In this document: positions 36,763 through 46,639 of the stretch, piece by piece
Numbering within the stretch: position 1 is the first letter of the stretch
How the letters are laid out: each line of letters opens with the position of its first letter
NCBI GenBank assembly: GCA_948787875.1
Contig: CAQFKO010000002.1
Span: 1-48,378 of the forward strand
DNA length: 48,378 nucleotides
Direction of reading: 5' to 3'
Source of the DNA: an uncultured Eubacteriales bacterium
GTDB lineage: Bacteria; Bacillota; Clostridia; Christensenellales; UBA1242
Position numbers and translations under genes: made by a program
The notes under the pieces: model-generated
Databases searched by the model: none
What the model was told of the DNA's origin: nothing
Seen by the model: only the letters and a program-made list of their open reading frames with translations

Positions 36763-39700
36763 ATGTCTGAAAACAATATTATTGAAGAGGGTAAGAAAAA
36801 GCTTACTAACAAGGCAAAGGCAATAATTTCGGGTGGTGCGGCGCTTGGAATTGCGTCTATTGTTGCAACGGTCAGCGTTGTTTGTATTGGCGGTTCTGAC
36901 AATGGGGCAGAAAAGAATGTGGGTTATACTGTTTCGATTAGTTCTGAGTTTGAGGGCTTTGAAGATACAGACCTCACTATTTCTGAGGGCACAAGAATAA
37001 AAGATTTGCTTAGCATGATTGCTTCTCCTGTTCCGGGTTATAAAATAGAGGGCTTTTACAGAGATATTTTGTGCACCGATAGATTTGCCGATGACGAACT
37101 TGTTGGCGAAGATACAAAAATCTTTATTAAGTTTGACATCATGAAATTTACGGTTAGGGCATATCTTGATACTTCAAAAACCGTTCTTTTGGAAGAAAAA
37201 GAAGTTGAATATAACAGAAACGCAAATCTTAGCATTCCAACAAAAGAGGCAGACAAGGTGGGCAGATATGAATTTGTAGGTTGGGTTGACTGCATGGGCA
37301 AAGAGGCAGACCTTTCTGATATTGACAGAGATATGGAAGTTTTTGCAAAGTTTAGGGTTGCGGAATACAATTTATATGAAATTTCCGACATACCAAACGG
37401 CGTAACAATCACAAGAGGTGTGGGTGAACACACAGAAATTTTGACTACAAGAAATCGCTTGCACTATGGTGACAGAATCTATATTTCTTATACAGTAAGC
37501 GAAGGTCACAAAGTGACTAATTACAATGTTGAGGGTGCTACTGCTGTTGAAGAGGCAGAGGGCTGGTATACTGTTACGGGCGACCTTAAAGTTACTTTTG
37601 AGCAAGAACGCCTTGCCTTTGTTGTGGGTGAATTGCAACAAGGCGTTACTATAATTGATAGTGAAGGAAATCAACTTTCTACGGGAAGTCCGCTTCTTTA
37701 TGGTGACACAATAACAATTAATATAGTTTCTCAAACAGGCTATCATATCACCGCAGTCGACACTGACGGGCTGTTCCCTATTGACGGCTTTATTCAAGGT
37801 AAAAATCAATATACCGTTAGAGGTGATGTATCTATTAAGTTTGACGAAGAAATCAATACCGTATTAATAAAATATTTTGATTATGACGGAACTCTTATTG
37901 GAACTGAAACGGTCAGCCATGGTTCAAGCATTCAAAAAGAAGACCCAACAAGACCTATTGATTCAAAAATAGGAACATACAAATTTCTTGGTTGGAACAG
38001 TAAGTCCGGCGAAGTTTTGAATTTGCAAAATATGCAAATTTTGGAACATGACAAAACCATTGAAGCTTATGCAAAATATGAGCTGGAATATGTTGAATAC
38101 GGTTTGTCATTTTCTAGTGGCGTTACGGTTAAAAGAGATGGAGAAATTGTTGACCAAAACACAATTCTTCATTTTGGTGATGAACTTGTTGTTACTTATG
38201 CGCTCCAAGACCACTATCATATGAGTGAGTTTAAATATAACGGCGTTGATATTTCCGAAAACGGAGCAACAATTGTTGTTACGGGAAATGTTGAAATAAC
38301 TTTTGTTGAACTTCAAAACGAATACACAATTGCAGAGTTCCCGCAAAATGTTAAAATTGTTTTTGAAGGAAGAGAGCTTTCTTCAAACGATACTTTGCAC
38401 TATGGTGATTTGATAACTATTACTTATAGCGAAAGTGAGGGCTTTGATGTTTCTAACTTTGCGGTTGTGGGTGCGACTGATGAGGGCAATAATACTTACA
38501 GAGTTACGGGCAACTTAAAAGTCATTTATCAAGAAATAAACGAAACCTATGAGGTTGTAAAAATTCCTGACGGAGTAACTGTTTTAAAAGACGGCAAACA
38601 ACTTTCTGCTGGTGATGAAATAAAATTCAATGACAAACTTGTTATCAGTTACACACTTTCAGAAGGGCATCATTTGACTTTGTTTAAGGTTAATGGCGAA
38701 GATTTTGAAAACGGCGAAGTTTTGACAGTTGTTAAAAGTTTGGAGATTGATTTTGAAGAAAGTATCAATACTTATAAAGTTGTGTTTATGAGTGAAGACA
38801 AAACTCAAAAACTTGGCGAAGTGGTTGTGGATTATAACACAAGTGCAACATTTAGTGAGCCAACAAAAGAGTCTGACAACACCTTTAATTATTTGTTTAG
38901 CGGTTGGGTCAACTCTAAGGGTGAAACCGTAGACCTAGGAAGCATTAAAGACAACTTAACCGTTTATGCAAGTTTTGAAAGCGAATATATTAAATACAGT
39001 TTAACAGTTCCAAGCGGAGTAACCGTTTTAAGAGACGGCGAACCTTTATCTTCTGAAAGTGAAATTCACTTTGGCGACGAACTTATTATCAGCTATACCG
39101 AAACTGCGGGCTTCCACATGACAAAATTTTCGATTAACGGCAACAGTGTAGAGAATAACGCAAGCTTTGTTGCAGACGGAAATGTTGTTATAGAATATCA
39201 AGAAGCAAAAGATGTTTATTTTGTTAATCTTCCATCGGGCGTTGTTGCAACAAGAGATGGCGCAGAGATTACCGGAACAACTGAGCTGTTTTATGGCGAT
39301 GTAATAACCATAACTTATACGTTGTCTGAATATTATCATTTGGCAAGTTTTAAAGTTAATGGCACTGAGTGTGAAAATAACGCAGTTATTACTGTTGACG
39401 GAAATGTTAATGTTGAGTTTGAAGAAGAAATCAACTCTGTAACAATCTATTATGTTGACCATGACGGATTAAATATCGGCGTTGAAATTGTTGAACATGG
39501 AAAGGGCATTAAAAAAGAAAATCCAACCAGATTCAGTGACCCAAAGATCGGAAAATACAATTTTGCGGGTTGGCTAAATGAAAACGGTGAAGTTGTTGAT
39601 TTGTCTAATGTTGTTGTAAATGAACATAAATCAGAGATAACCGTTAAAGCAAGCTATGAATTTGTTTATACAAAATACTCTGTAACAATTCCTGAGGGAA

Positions 39701-42700
39701 TAACCGTAACTAAAAACGGTGAAGAAATATCTTCGGAAAGCGAACTTCACTACGGCGATGAACTTGTGGTTAGTTACAGTCTTCAAGACCATTTCCACCT
39801 TGGTGAGTTTAAGATTAACGGCGTGGTTTCCGAAAACAACGCAACTGTTGTTGTGGAAGATAATATTGTTATCGAGTTTACCGAACTTCAAAACGAATAC
39901 AGTCTTGTTATTCCTGAAAATGTTACCGTTGTACGTGATGGCGAAACATTAACATCGTCTAGTGTTGTTCATTACGGCGACCAACTTGTTATCAGTTTCA
40001 CAGAAGACGAAGGTTATATTAAAAAAGTGTTTACCGTTAACGGTGTAAGTTTTGTTAACGGCGACACATTTGTGGTTAAAGGCAATGTTGAAATTGATTT
40101 TGTTCAAGAATTAAGAACATATATTATTAACATTCCTAATCAAAATGTTTCTATCGGAACAGGTGGTGGAAATATTTCTGATGGCGACAGCGTTAAGTAT
40201 GGTGACGAAATAATGATAACAATCACGGCAGATGTTGGGCATCATATCACAGGCGTTTATGTTAACGGTGAAATGATAAGCGACGGAAGCAGTGGAACTT
40301 GGATTGTTACGGGCGAGGTAAATATTACTTACACCCAAGAGAAAAACCAAGCGGCAGTTGTTTTCTTTGATGATGATAAAACAACGGTAATTAGTACCAT
40401 AACCGCAGAGCATGGTGACAGCCTTGCTATTGCCGACCCAACAAAAGCAGAAGACGATTATATTTATACATTTGTGGGCTGGGTTAATGGTGATGGAAAC
40501 TTTGTAAACATAAACGATATCAGCATTTTGGATCACAACATAACAATTAATGTTTATGCAAAATATGAAGCTGAATACAAATACGGCTATTTAAACTTTG
40601 ACTTAACATCAGACGGCACTGCTTATGAAGTTATCGGTTTAAACGACAACTCAGTAAAGGATATTTTTATTCCTGCAACCTATAATGGCAAAAATGTTGT
40701 GGGAATAAGAAGCGGAGCATTTGAAAATAACAGCAATTTAAAGACTGCTGAAATTTCTTACGGAATGTTAACTATCGGAAGCAATGCATTTAAAAACAGC
40801 GGATTAACTTCTATTTTTATTTCTAACACAGTTATAAGCATTGAAGAAAATGCATTTGCTAATTGTACGGCTTTAAAAACGGTTGTGATAAGAAGCGGAT
40901 CAATCTATAATAATTTAACATCTTTGGAGGCTTGTGGCGGGCTTATTGCAAACGCGGAGGAAATAAGCGTGTCAAAAATTGTTTATGACGAATATGTAAA
41001 TAAATATTTTGAAGAATCCTTTGATAAAGCTGAACAAGGCGACTATTATGTATTTACTCTTCCATATGAAGTTGAAATTAGCTTTATGTATGAAGAATAT
41101 GAAGAAGGTTATAAAATCACAGGTTATGAATTTCCAAATGTTGATTGGAATACATTTGATCAAAACAAAATTACAAGACTTGAAATTCCTGATACACACG
41201 AAGGCAAGCCTGTATTGGCACTTAGCAATATAGGTGGTTTTGAAGGGTTAAAGTCTATTAAGCTTCCTTCAAATTTAAGAGTTCTTGAAGATGCAGCAAT
41301 TTCATATTGCCCAAATTTAAAATCTATTAACTTGCCAAGCACACTTACAACAATTGGACTTGGAGCTTTTGATAACATAGGTATAACTTCTTTGGTTATT
41401 CCTGCAAGTGTAACTTCAATTAGGTCAACTCCGGATTCAGCTTGGTCATCAAGTGGTATTGTTCCTAATTGCAAAAATTTAACCTCACTTATTATTGAAG
41501 AGGGAAATACTGTTTATACCAGCAGAGATGCTTCTGGAAATGAAAGCAACTGTATTATTGAAATTGCTTCTTCAACCTTAATTGAAGGAATATCAACTAC
41601 AATAATTCCTTCAAATGTAACTGCTATTGCCGATTACGCATTTAAAGAAATTAAATGTGTAAACAACCTTATTTTGCCAAGCAGTATTGAATCTATTGGC
41701 AGTTATGCATTTAAGGGCTCTTCCGGAGTTGTTAATCTTGAACTTTCAGACAAAGTTGTGTATGTTGGAGAATCAGCATTCCAAGGTTGTTCAAGCCTTA
41801 AAACTGTTACAATAGCAGGAAGTCTTACACAATTATCAATGAATTTATTTGCAGAATGCAGACAATTGAATTCGGTTGTTTTAAGAGAAGGTGTTGAAGA
41901 AATTTCTGATATGGCAATTACTAATTGTGAAAATTTGGAATCGGTAATTCTTCCATCTACATTAAAATCTATTGGAGCAAATGCATTTTCAGGTTGCTTA
42001 ATGTTAAGAAGCATTGAATTAAATGAGGGATTGACAACAATTTCTGATTTTGCATTTAATGGAACAGGGCTAAATTCAATAGAAATTCCAATGAGTGTAG
42101 AAAATCTTGGATCCATGGCTTTCGGAAATTGCGAGTTTTTATATGAAGCTTATGTAAAGGCGAATATAACAGAACTTAATGGTGTATTTACTTATTGTTT
42201 TAGGTTAAACTATGTTGAACTTCCGGAAACTCTTACTACTATTGGCAACGGTGAGTTTGATAATACTGCATTTAGAGAATTTAAAATTCCGGCAGGGGTT
42301 ACTAAAATTTCTGCAAGTGCATTTTATAATACTAAAATATTTACTATAATTTTTGAGGGCGATCCTAACTCAATTACTTTTGAAGGTTATAATCCGTCAG
42401 GAATGAGCGGTAGTTCGTTATATGAAAATGCAACAACTTTCAAAATTCCAACCCAATTTGACAATGGTTCATTTAGTTTTGGTGACAGTTCAAAAACCTT
42501 TATTAAAAGTTCTGAGGAAGACGGTTATAGCATTTATACAATGGTGTTCGGTCAAGAAGAACTTAACTTTGTTGATAATGGTGAGGGTGGATATTTATTT
42601 GCAGGCACTGATTACAATAGCAAATTGCCTGATATTGTTATTCCTGACACCTATAATGGAAAGCCGGTTGTTGGGGTTGCAGATAACTCTATTGACCTAA

Positions 42701-44214
42701 GCAAGTTCAGGTCGGTTACTTTTGGAAACAATATCAAAAAGCTTCAAAAGAATGCATTTACGACCGGTGCAACCAGCGCACTTTCTGAACTTTATATTCC
42801 TGCAAGCTTAACAGAGATTGAGGCTGGTGCAATTCCTTTCTATGAAGGGTTTGAAAAAATTGTTGTAAGTCCTGAAAACCCTGTTTATACCAGCAGAGAT
42901 TTGTCTGGAAATGAATACAATTGTATTATAGACAAAAACACAAAAACTTTAATTGCGGCTCCTTATTCTAGCAGCACGCTTAACTGTCCGACAGATGGCT
43001 CTGTTGAGGTGCTTGGTGAATATTTCTTTATGGGTTGCAGAATGTCTGACCTTATTATTCCTAATTGCATAAAAGTTATTAAGAAAAATTGTTTTGGCGA
43101 CTCTGTCATTCAAAGACTTTATATTTCTGAATCTGTTGAAGTTATTGAAGATGGAGCATTTGTTATTGATATGAACAATATGATGCTTTCAACAAAAAAT
43201 ATTGAAGTTTCTCCTAATAACAAATATTTCACTAGCAGAGATAAAGCGGGTAATGAAGGAAATTGTATTATTCATATTTCCACAAAAACTCTTATATTCA
43301 CTGCTGAACTAGTTGGAACTATGTTTGATGACGGTTCAATTGAAGTGCTTGCATCTAATTCGTTCTTTAATCAGATATTCCACGATTATATGAATGGTTC
43401 AGATATGATTAACTTTGTTATTCCTCAGGGAATAAAAAAGATTTGCGGGTTTGCTTTGTTTAACAACAGTGGCATTGGATTATTGACTGTTCCAAGTTCA
43501 GTAACTGTTTTTGAAGACGGAGCATTTGCCGGAATAAATTGTAACATTATTTTGAGTAAAGTCAATGCGGGTTATACCACAAAAGATTTGGCAGGCAATG
43601 AATGTGGCTGTTTGATTGATACAGAAACAAAAACATTGATTGCTGTGCTTGATAAACAAAATTATTATTTGCCTGATGACGGTTTAATTGAAAATATCGG
43701 TGCATATAGTCTTCAAGGTTGTAGCCCTGTGTTTAAAAATGATCCTGAAACAGGAACAAGCACTATGGAAGAGTTTACTTTGCCAAGTAGTGTTAAAAAG
43801 GTAAATAAATATGGGTTTGCTGGCGCAAACGGATTAATTTCATCAGTAAATGCTTATATGTTTTTAAATGAAGGTCTTGAAATTATTGAGGACTATGCAT
43901 TTATGGGTCTTCAATTTATGAGTTCTGTTATTTTGCCTTCTTCATTAAAATATATTTCACCTAAAGCTTTTGAAAATGCATCATCTTATCCAGACCAATT
44001 GGTTATTAATAGTACAGAAGTGTATGAATCATTAATTGTAGCATATAAAGTGCTTAATCTCAATGGTGAATATTATTATAATCAAACATCTTTGGGTATG
44101 TGTAAATCTATAAGGGTATTAAAGAGTGCAGATACCGGAACTAATGAAAACTTGAAATCATATGCCACAAAGGTTACAGAAAGTGGCGATTATTATGTTT
44201 ACACGCTGCGTTAA
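36763..44214 (+). CDS. Giant (2,483 aa) N-terminally anchored surface protein: Listeria-Bacteroides-type repeats, an unassigned 75-aa module (x10), and BspA-type leucine-rich repeats
   Basis: ATG at 36763 after GAGGTG. The TM anchor is AIISGGAALGIASIVATVSVVCIGG. Six repeats carry Y-x-F-x-G-W (YEFVGWVD, YKFLGWNS, YLFSGWVN, YNFAGWLN, YTFVGWVN). The C-terminal ~1,200 aa consist of I-P-x-S-V-x-x-I-G-x-x-A-F-x-x-C-type LRRs. There is no LPXTG motif. Confidence 0.85.
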   Translation: MSENNIIEEGKKKLTNKAKAIISGGAALGIASIVATVSVVCIGGSDNGAEKNVGYTVSISSEFEGFEDTDLTISEGTRIKDLLSMIASPVPGYKIEGFYRDILCTDRFADDELVGEDTKIFIKFDIMKFTVRAYLDTSKTVLLEEKEVEYNRNANLSIPTKEADKVGRYEFVGWVDCMGKEADLSDIDRDMEVFAKFRVAEYNLYEISDIPNGVTITRGVGEHTEILTTRNRLHYGDRIYISYTVSEGHKVTNYNVEGATAVEEAEGWYTVTGDLKVTFEQERLAFVVGELQQGVTIIDSEGNQLSTGSPLLYGDTITINIVSQTGYHITAVDTDGLFPIDGFIQGKNQYTVRGDVSIKFDEEINTVLIKYFDYDGTLIGTETVSHGSSIQKEDPTRPIDSKIGTYKFLGWNSKSGEVLNLQNMQILEHDKTIEAYAKYELEYVEYGLSFSSGVTVKRDGEIVDQNTILHFGDELVVTYALQDHYHMSEFKYNGVDISENGATIVVTGNVEITFVELQNEYTIAEFPQNVKIVFEGRELSSNDTLHYGDLITITYSESEGFDVSNFAVVGATDEGNNTYRVTGNLKVIYQEINETYEVVKIPDGVTVLKDGKQLSAGDEIKFNDKLVISYTLSEGHHLTLFKVNGEDFENGEVLTVVKSLEIDFEESINTYKVVFMSEDKTQKLGEVVVDYNTSATFSEPTKESDNTFNYLFSGWVNSKGETVDLGSIKDNLTVYASFESEYIKYSLTVPSGVTVLRDGEPLSSESEIHFGDELIISYTETAGFHMTKFSINGNSVENNASFVADGNVVIEYQEAKDVYFVNLPSGVVATRDGAEITGTTELFYGDVITITYTLSEYYHLASFKVNGTECENNAVITVDGNVNVEFEEEINSVTIYYVDHDGLNIGVEIVEHGKGIKKENPTRFSDPKIGKYNFAGWLNENGEVVDLSNVVVNEHKSEITVKASYEFVYTKYSVTIPEGITVTKNGEEISSESELHYGDELVVSYSLQDHFHLGEFKINGVVSENNATVVVEDNIVIEFTELQNEYSLVIPENVTVVRDGETLTSSSVVHYGDQLVISFTEDEGYIKKVFTVNGVSFVNGDTFVVKGNVEIDFVQELRTYIINIPNQNVSIGTGGGNISDGDSVKYGDEIMITITADVGHHITGVYVNGEMISDGSSGTWIVTGEVNITYTQEKNQAAVVFFDDDKTTVISTITAEHGDSLAIADPTKAEDDYIYTFVGWVNGDGNFVNINDISILDHNITINVYAKYEAEYKYGYLNFDLTSDGTAYEVIGLNDNSVKDIFIPATYNGKNVVGIRSGAFENNSNLKTAEISYGMLTIGSNAFKNSGLTSIFISNTVISIEENAFANCTALKTVVIRSGSIYNNLTSLEACGGLIANAEEISVSKIVYDEYVNKYFEESFDKAEQGDYYVFTLPYEVEISFMYEEYEEGYKITGYEFPNVDWNTFDQNKITRLEIPDTHEGKPVLALSNIGGFEGLKSIKLPSNLRVLEDAAISYCPNLKSINLPSTLTTIGLGAFDNIGITSLVIPASVTSIRSTPDSAWSSSGIVPNCKNLTSLIIEEGNTVYTSRDASGNESNCIIEIASSTLIEGISTTIIPSNVTAIADYAFKEIKCVNNLILPSSIESIGSYAFKGSSGVVNLELSDKVVYVGESAFQGCSSLKTVTIAGSLTQLSMNLFAECRQLNSVVLREGVEEISDMAITNCENLESVILPSTLKSIGANAFSGCLMLRSIELNEGLTTISDFAFNGTGLNSIEIPMSVENLGSMAFGNCEFLYEAYVKANITELNGVFTYCFRLNYVELPETLTTIGNGEFDNTAFREFKIPAGVTKISASAFYNTKIFTIIFEGDPNSITFEGYNPSGMSGSSLYENATTFKIPTQFDNGSFSFGDSSKTFIKSSEEDGYSIYTMVFGQEELNFVDNGEGGYLFAGTDYNSKLPDIVIPDTYNGKPVVGVADNSIDLSKFRSVTFGNNIKKLQKNAFTTGATSALSELYIPASLTEIEAGAIPFYEGFEKIVVSPENPVYTSRDLSGNEYNCIIDKNTKTLIAAPYSSSTLNCPTDGSVEVLGEYFFMGCRMSDLIIPNCIKVIKKNCFGDSVIQRLYISESVEVIEDGAFVIDMNNMMLSTKNIEVSPNNKYFTSRDKAGNEGNCIIHISTKTLIFTAELVGTMFDDGSIEVLASNSFFNQIFHDYMNGSDMINFVIPQGIKKICGFALFNNSGIGLLTVPSSVTVFEDGAFAGINCNIILSKVNAGYTTKDLAGNECGCLIDTETKTLIAVLDKQNYYLPDDGLIENIGAYSLQGCSPVFKNDPETGTSTMEEFTLPSSVKKVNKYGFAGANGLISSVNAYMFLNEGLEIIEDYAFMGLQFMSSVILPSSLKYISPKAFENASSYPDQLVINSTEVYESLIVAYKVLNLNGEYYYNQTSLGMCKSIRVLKSADTGTNENLKSYATKVTESGDYYVYTLR
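37360..40340 (+). repeat. In-frame tandem array: ten ~225-nt (~75-aa) modules interleaved with ~230-nt Listeria-Bacteroides repeats
   Basis: The module consensus is roughly YxxxIPxGVTVxRDGxxLSSxxxLHYGDxLxIxYTxxEGxHxxxFxVNGxxxxNxxxxVxGNVxIxFxE. The order is M M F M M M F M M F M M M F. Some junction DNA is identical, for example gaacttcaaaacgaataca near 38311 and near 39885. Confidence 0.8.
40580..44211 (+). repeat. BspA-type LRR region (coding) with four super-repeats
   Basis: LRR units of ~23-25 aa recur throughout. The punctuating motif Y(T/F)(S/T)(R/K)D-x-x-GNE-x-(N/G)C(I/L)I-x-x-x-(T/S)-(K/S)TLI occurs near 41510, 42880, 43222 and 43567. Confidence 0.75.
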
Positions 44215-44269
44215 AAAGTTTTTCTAATTAATGCATTTATTATATTTATTCTAAATAAAATTTATAAAT

Positions 44270-44302
44270 AAAAAACTCCACTAAAGTTAGTGGAGTTTTT
44301 TG
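44270..44302. terminator. Bidirectional terminator between the surface-protein gene and fba
   Basis: Perfect 10-bp hairpin aactccacta / tagtggagtt with A-run and T-run flanks. Confidence 0.65.
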
Positions 44303-44330
44303 TTTTGTTAAAAATCGGTGTTGCAAAAAA

Positions 44331-45242
44331 TTATTTTCCGATAGTAAGTTTTATTGCGTGTGCAACTTGCAACTTAACATTTTCTTTTCCTGCTTTGTTA
44401 TAGTCACGTTGGTCAAATTTTTCTGGGTGCGTTGAAAGCATTTCTCTTACGCCTGCGGTGTGAGCCAATCTTAAATCTGTGTCCATATTGATTTTGCAGA
44501 TTGCGGTTTTGCTCATTTTTTCAATATCTTTTTCAGAAATGCCTTGGCTTTTTTTGATTTCACCGCCAAATTTAATAATGGTGTCTACCCACTTTGCAGG
44601 AACGGTGCTTGAACCGTGTGCTACAAGCGGAGTGTTAGGAATGGCTTTGTGAACATTTTCTATAACGCCATATTGAATAACGGGGGTTTTTATTGATTTA
44701 TTGATGCCGTGTGCCGTTCCGATAGAAATTGCCAAGCTGTCTACACCTGTTCGCATAACAAAATCTAAGGCTTCTTCGGGGTCGGTAAAACTTTCTGTTG
44801 TGCTGTGAACCATATCTTCCGTTCCTATAATTTTGCCAAGTTCGGCTTCAACCGTAACATTTTTTTTGTGGGCATAACTTACAACTTTTTTTGTGATTTT
44901 AATGTTCTCTTCATAAGGAAGGCTAGAACCATCAAACATTACGCTGGTAAAGCCAGCATCTATTGCTTCTTTGCAAGCCTCAAAACTTTTGCCGTGGTCA
45001 AGATGCAAAGCTATGTCATTTTTATAGTGTTTTGAAGCGGTTTCCACAATCGCATGAACAAAGTCATAGCCGGCATATTTTGCCGCTCCCTCGGAAACAG
45101 ATATTATTACGGGAACTTTTTTTTCTCCCGCAACCTCTGCAACCGCTTGTGCAGATTCCATATTGCAAATATTAAAAGCCGGAATAGCATAACCTTTTTT
45201 TAATGCATGCTCAAACATTTTTTTGGTATTAGTGAGTGACAT
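44331..45242 (-). CDS. fba: Class II fructose-1,6-bisphosphate aldolase
   Basis: YAIPAFNICNMES, HLDHG and SIGTAHG. Confidence 0.9.
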   Translation of the reverse strand: MSLTNTKKMFEHALKKGYAIPAFNICNMESAQAVAEVAGEKKVPVIISVSEGAAKYAGYDFVHAIVETASKHYKNDIALHLDHGKSFEACKEAIDAGFTSVMFDGSSLPYEENIKITKKVVSYAHKKNVTVEAELGKIIGTEDMVHSTTESFTDPEEALDFVMRTGVDSLAISIGTAHGINKSIKTPVIQYGVIENVHKAIPNTPLVAHGSSTVPAKWVDTIIKFGGEIKKSQGISEKDIEKMSKTAICKINMDTDLRLAHTAGVREMLSTHPEKFDQRDYNKAGKENVKLQVAHAIKLTIGK

Positions 45243-45390
45243 AAATTTTCCTCCATAACATTAATTTATTACTTTACATATATTATTATATATTTTCGTA
45301 AAAAAATTGTAAACTTAAAAATAATGTTTGCTTTATTTTTTTGAATGGTATAAAATCAAGTTGTAAATAATAAATTAAAGGAGATTTTTT

Positions 45391-46428
45391 ATGGCAAATA
45401 TAAAAGTTGCAATTAACGGATTTGGAAGAATAGGAAGACTCGCATTTAGGCAAATGTTTGGTGCAAAGGGGTATGAGATTGTTGCTATCAATGACCTTAC
45501 CAGCCCAAAAATGCTGGCACACCTTTTAAAATATGATTCTGCACAAGGTCCTTATGAACTTGCAAGCAAAGTTAAATCATCGGAAGAAGGTGAGGCAGAA
45601 GGCTGGATTTCCGTTGCTGGAAAAAAGATTAGAATTTATGCGGAAAAAGATGCTGCAAACTGTCCTTGGAAAAAACTTGGCGTTGATGTTGTTCTTGAAT
45701 GTACAGGTTTTTACTGCTCAAAAGAAAAGTCTATGGCACATATTAATGCGGGAGCAAAAAAGGTTATAATTTCTGCACCAGCAGGCAAAGACTTGCCAAC
45801 AATCGTTTATTCTGTAAACGAAAAAACATTAAAGAGCACCGACAATATTATTTCTGCTGCTAGTTGCACAACAAACTGTTTGGCACCAATGGCAAAGGCT
45901 CTTAATGACAAATATCCTATTGAATCGGGTATCATGACTACTGTTCACGCATACACAGGCGACCAAATGCTTCTTGACGGACCACACAGAAAAGGCGATT
46001 TAAGAAGAGCAAGAGCAGCTGCTGTTAATATTGTTCCAAACTCTACGGGCGCAGCAAAGGCAATTGGTCTTGTTATTCCTGAACTTGATGGAAAGCTTAT
46101 TGGTTCTGCTCAGCGTGTTCCTGTTCCAACAGGCTCAACAACAATTCTTGTTGCTGTTGTAAGAGGAAAAGATGTTACTGTTGAAAAAATCAATGCTGCT
46201 ATGAAAGCAAAAGCATCTGATTCTTTTGGCTACAACACAGACCCAATTGTTTCTGGCGATATTATCGGAAGCACCTATGGTTCAATTTTTGATGCTACTC
46301 AAACTATGGTAACAAAGGTTTCTGATGACCTTTATCAAGTTCAAGTTGTATCTTGGTATGATAACGAAAATTCTTACACATCTCAAATGGTGAGAACTAT
46401 TAAGTATTTTGCCGAACTTAAAAAATAA
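45391..46428 (+). CDS. gap: Type I glyceraldehyde-3-phosphate dehydrogenase
   Basis: [12 protein letters not shown], the active site SCTTNCLAP, and WYDNE. Confidence 0.95.
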   Translation: MANIKVAINGFGRIGRLAFRQMFGAKGYEIVAINDLTSPKMLAHLLKYDSAQGPYELASKVKSSEEGEAEGWISVAGKKIRIYAEKDAANCPWKKLGVDVVLECTGFYCSKEKSMAHINAGAKKVIISAPAGKDLPTIVYSVNEKTLKSTDNIISAASCTTNCLAPMAKALNDKYPIESGIMTTVHAYTGDQMLLDGPHRKGDLRRARAAAVNIVPNSTGAAKAIGLVIPELDGKLIGSAQRVPVPTGSTTILVAVVRGKDVTVEKINAAMKAKASDSFGYNTDPIVSGDIIGSTYGSIFDATQTMVTKVSDDLYQVQVVSWYDNENSYTSQMVRTIKYFAELKK

Positions 46429-46556
46429 CCACACGGCGAAAATTGCATAAATAGCTTTGTTTCTAAAAAAAGTTCTAGACAGTCATGTACTAATTTGTAC
46501 ACTCCTGCCTAGAATTTTTTTTGAGTCTCGCTCTTTTCACAATTTTCGCCGTGTGG
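46429..46556. repeat. 128-bp element bounded by perfect 17-bp inverted repeats
   Basis: ccacacggcgaaaattg (46429-46445) is the exact reverse complement of caattttcgccgtgtgg (46540-46556). Both flanks are A-rich (aaaaaataa on the left, gaaaaaaata on the right). Confidence 0.5.
46473..46522 (+). terminator. gap terminator (inside the inverted-repeat element)
   Basis: Stem ttctagacag / ctgcctagaa with one mismatch, an inner tgtac/gtaca stem, then T8. Confidence 0.6.
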
Positions 46557-46569
46557 GAAAAAAATATAG

Positions 46570-46615
46570 TCATGCACTCGTTTACGCCAAAGTAAATTCG
46601 TGCGTGATTTTTTTT
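46570..46615 (+). terminator. Second tandem terminator
   Basis: Stem tcatgcac / gtgcgtga (one G:U pair) with an inner tttac/gtaaa stem, then T8. Confidence 0.5.
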
Positions 46616-46639
46616 AATAAAAATAATTCTAAAAACTAC

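Noticed and set aside
37360-44211. Periodic DNA repeats considered as a possible CRISPR or non-coding tandem array.
   Set aside because: All repeats are in frame within one long ORF. They are diverged at the DNA level while conserving amino-acid patterns, and there is no repeat-spacer structure.
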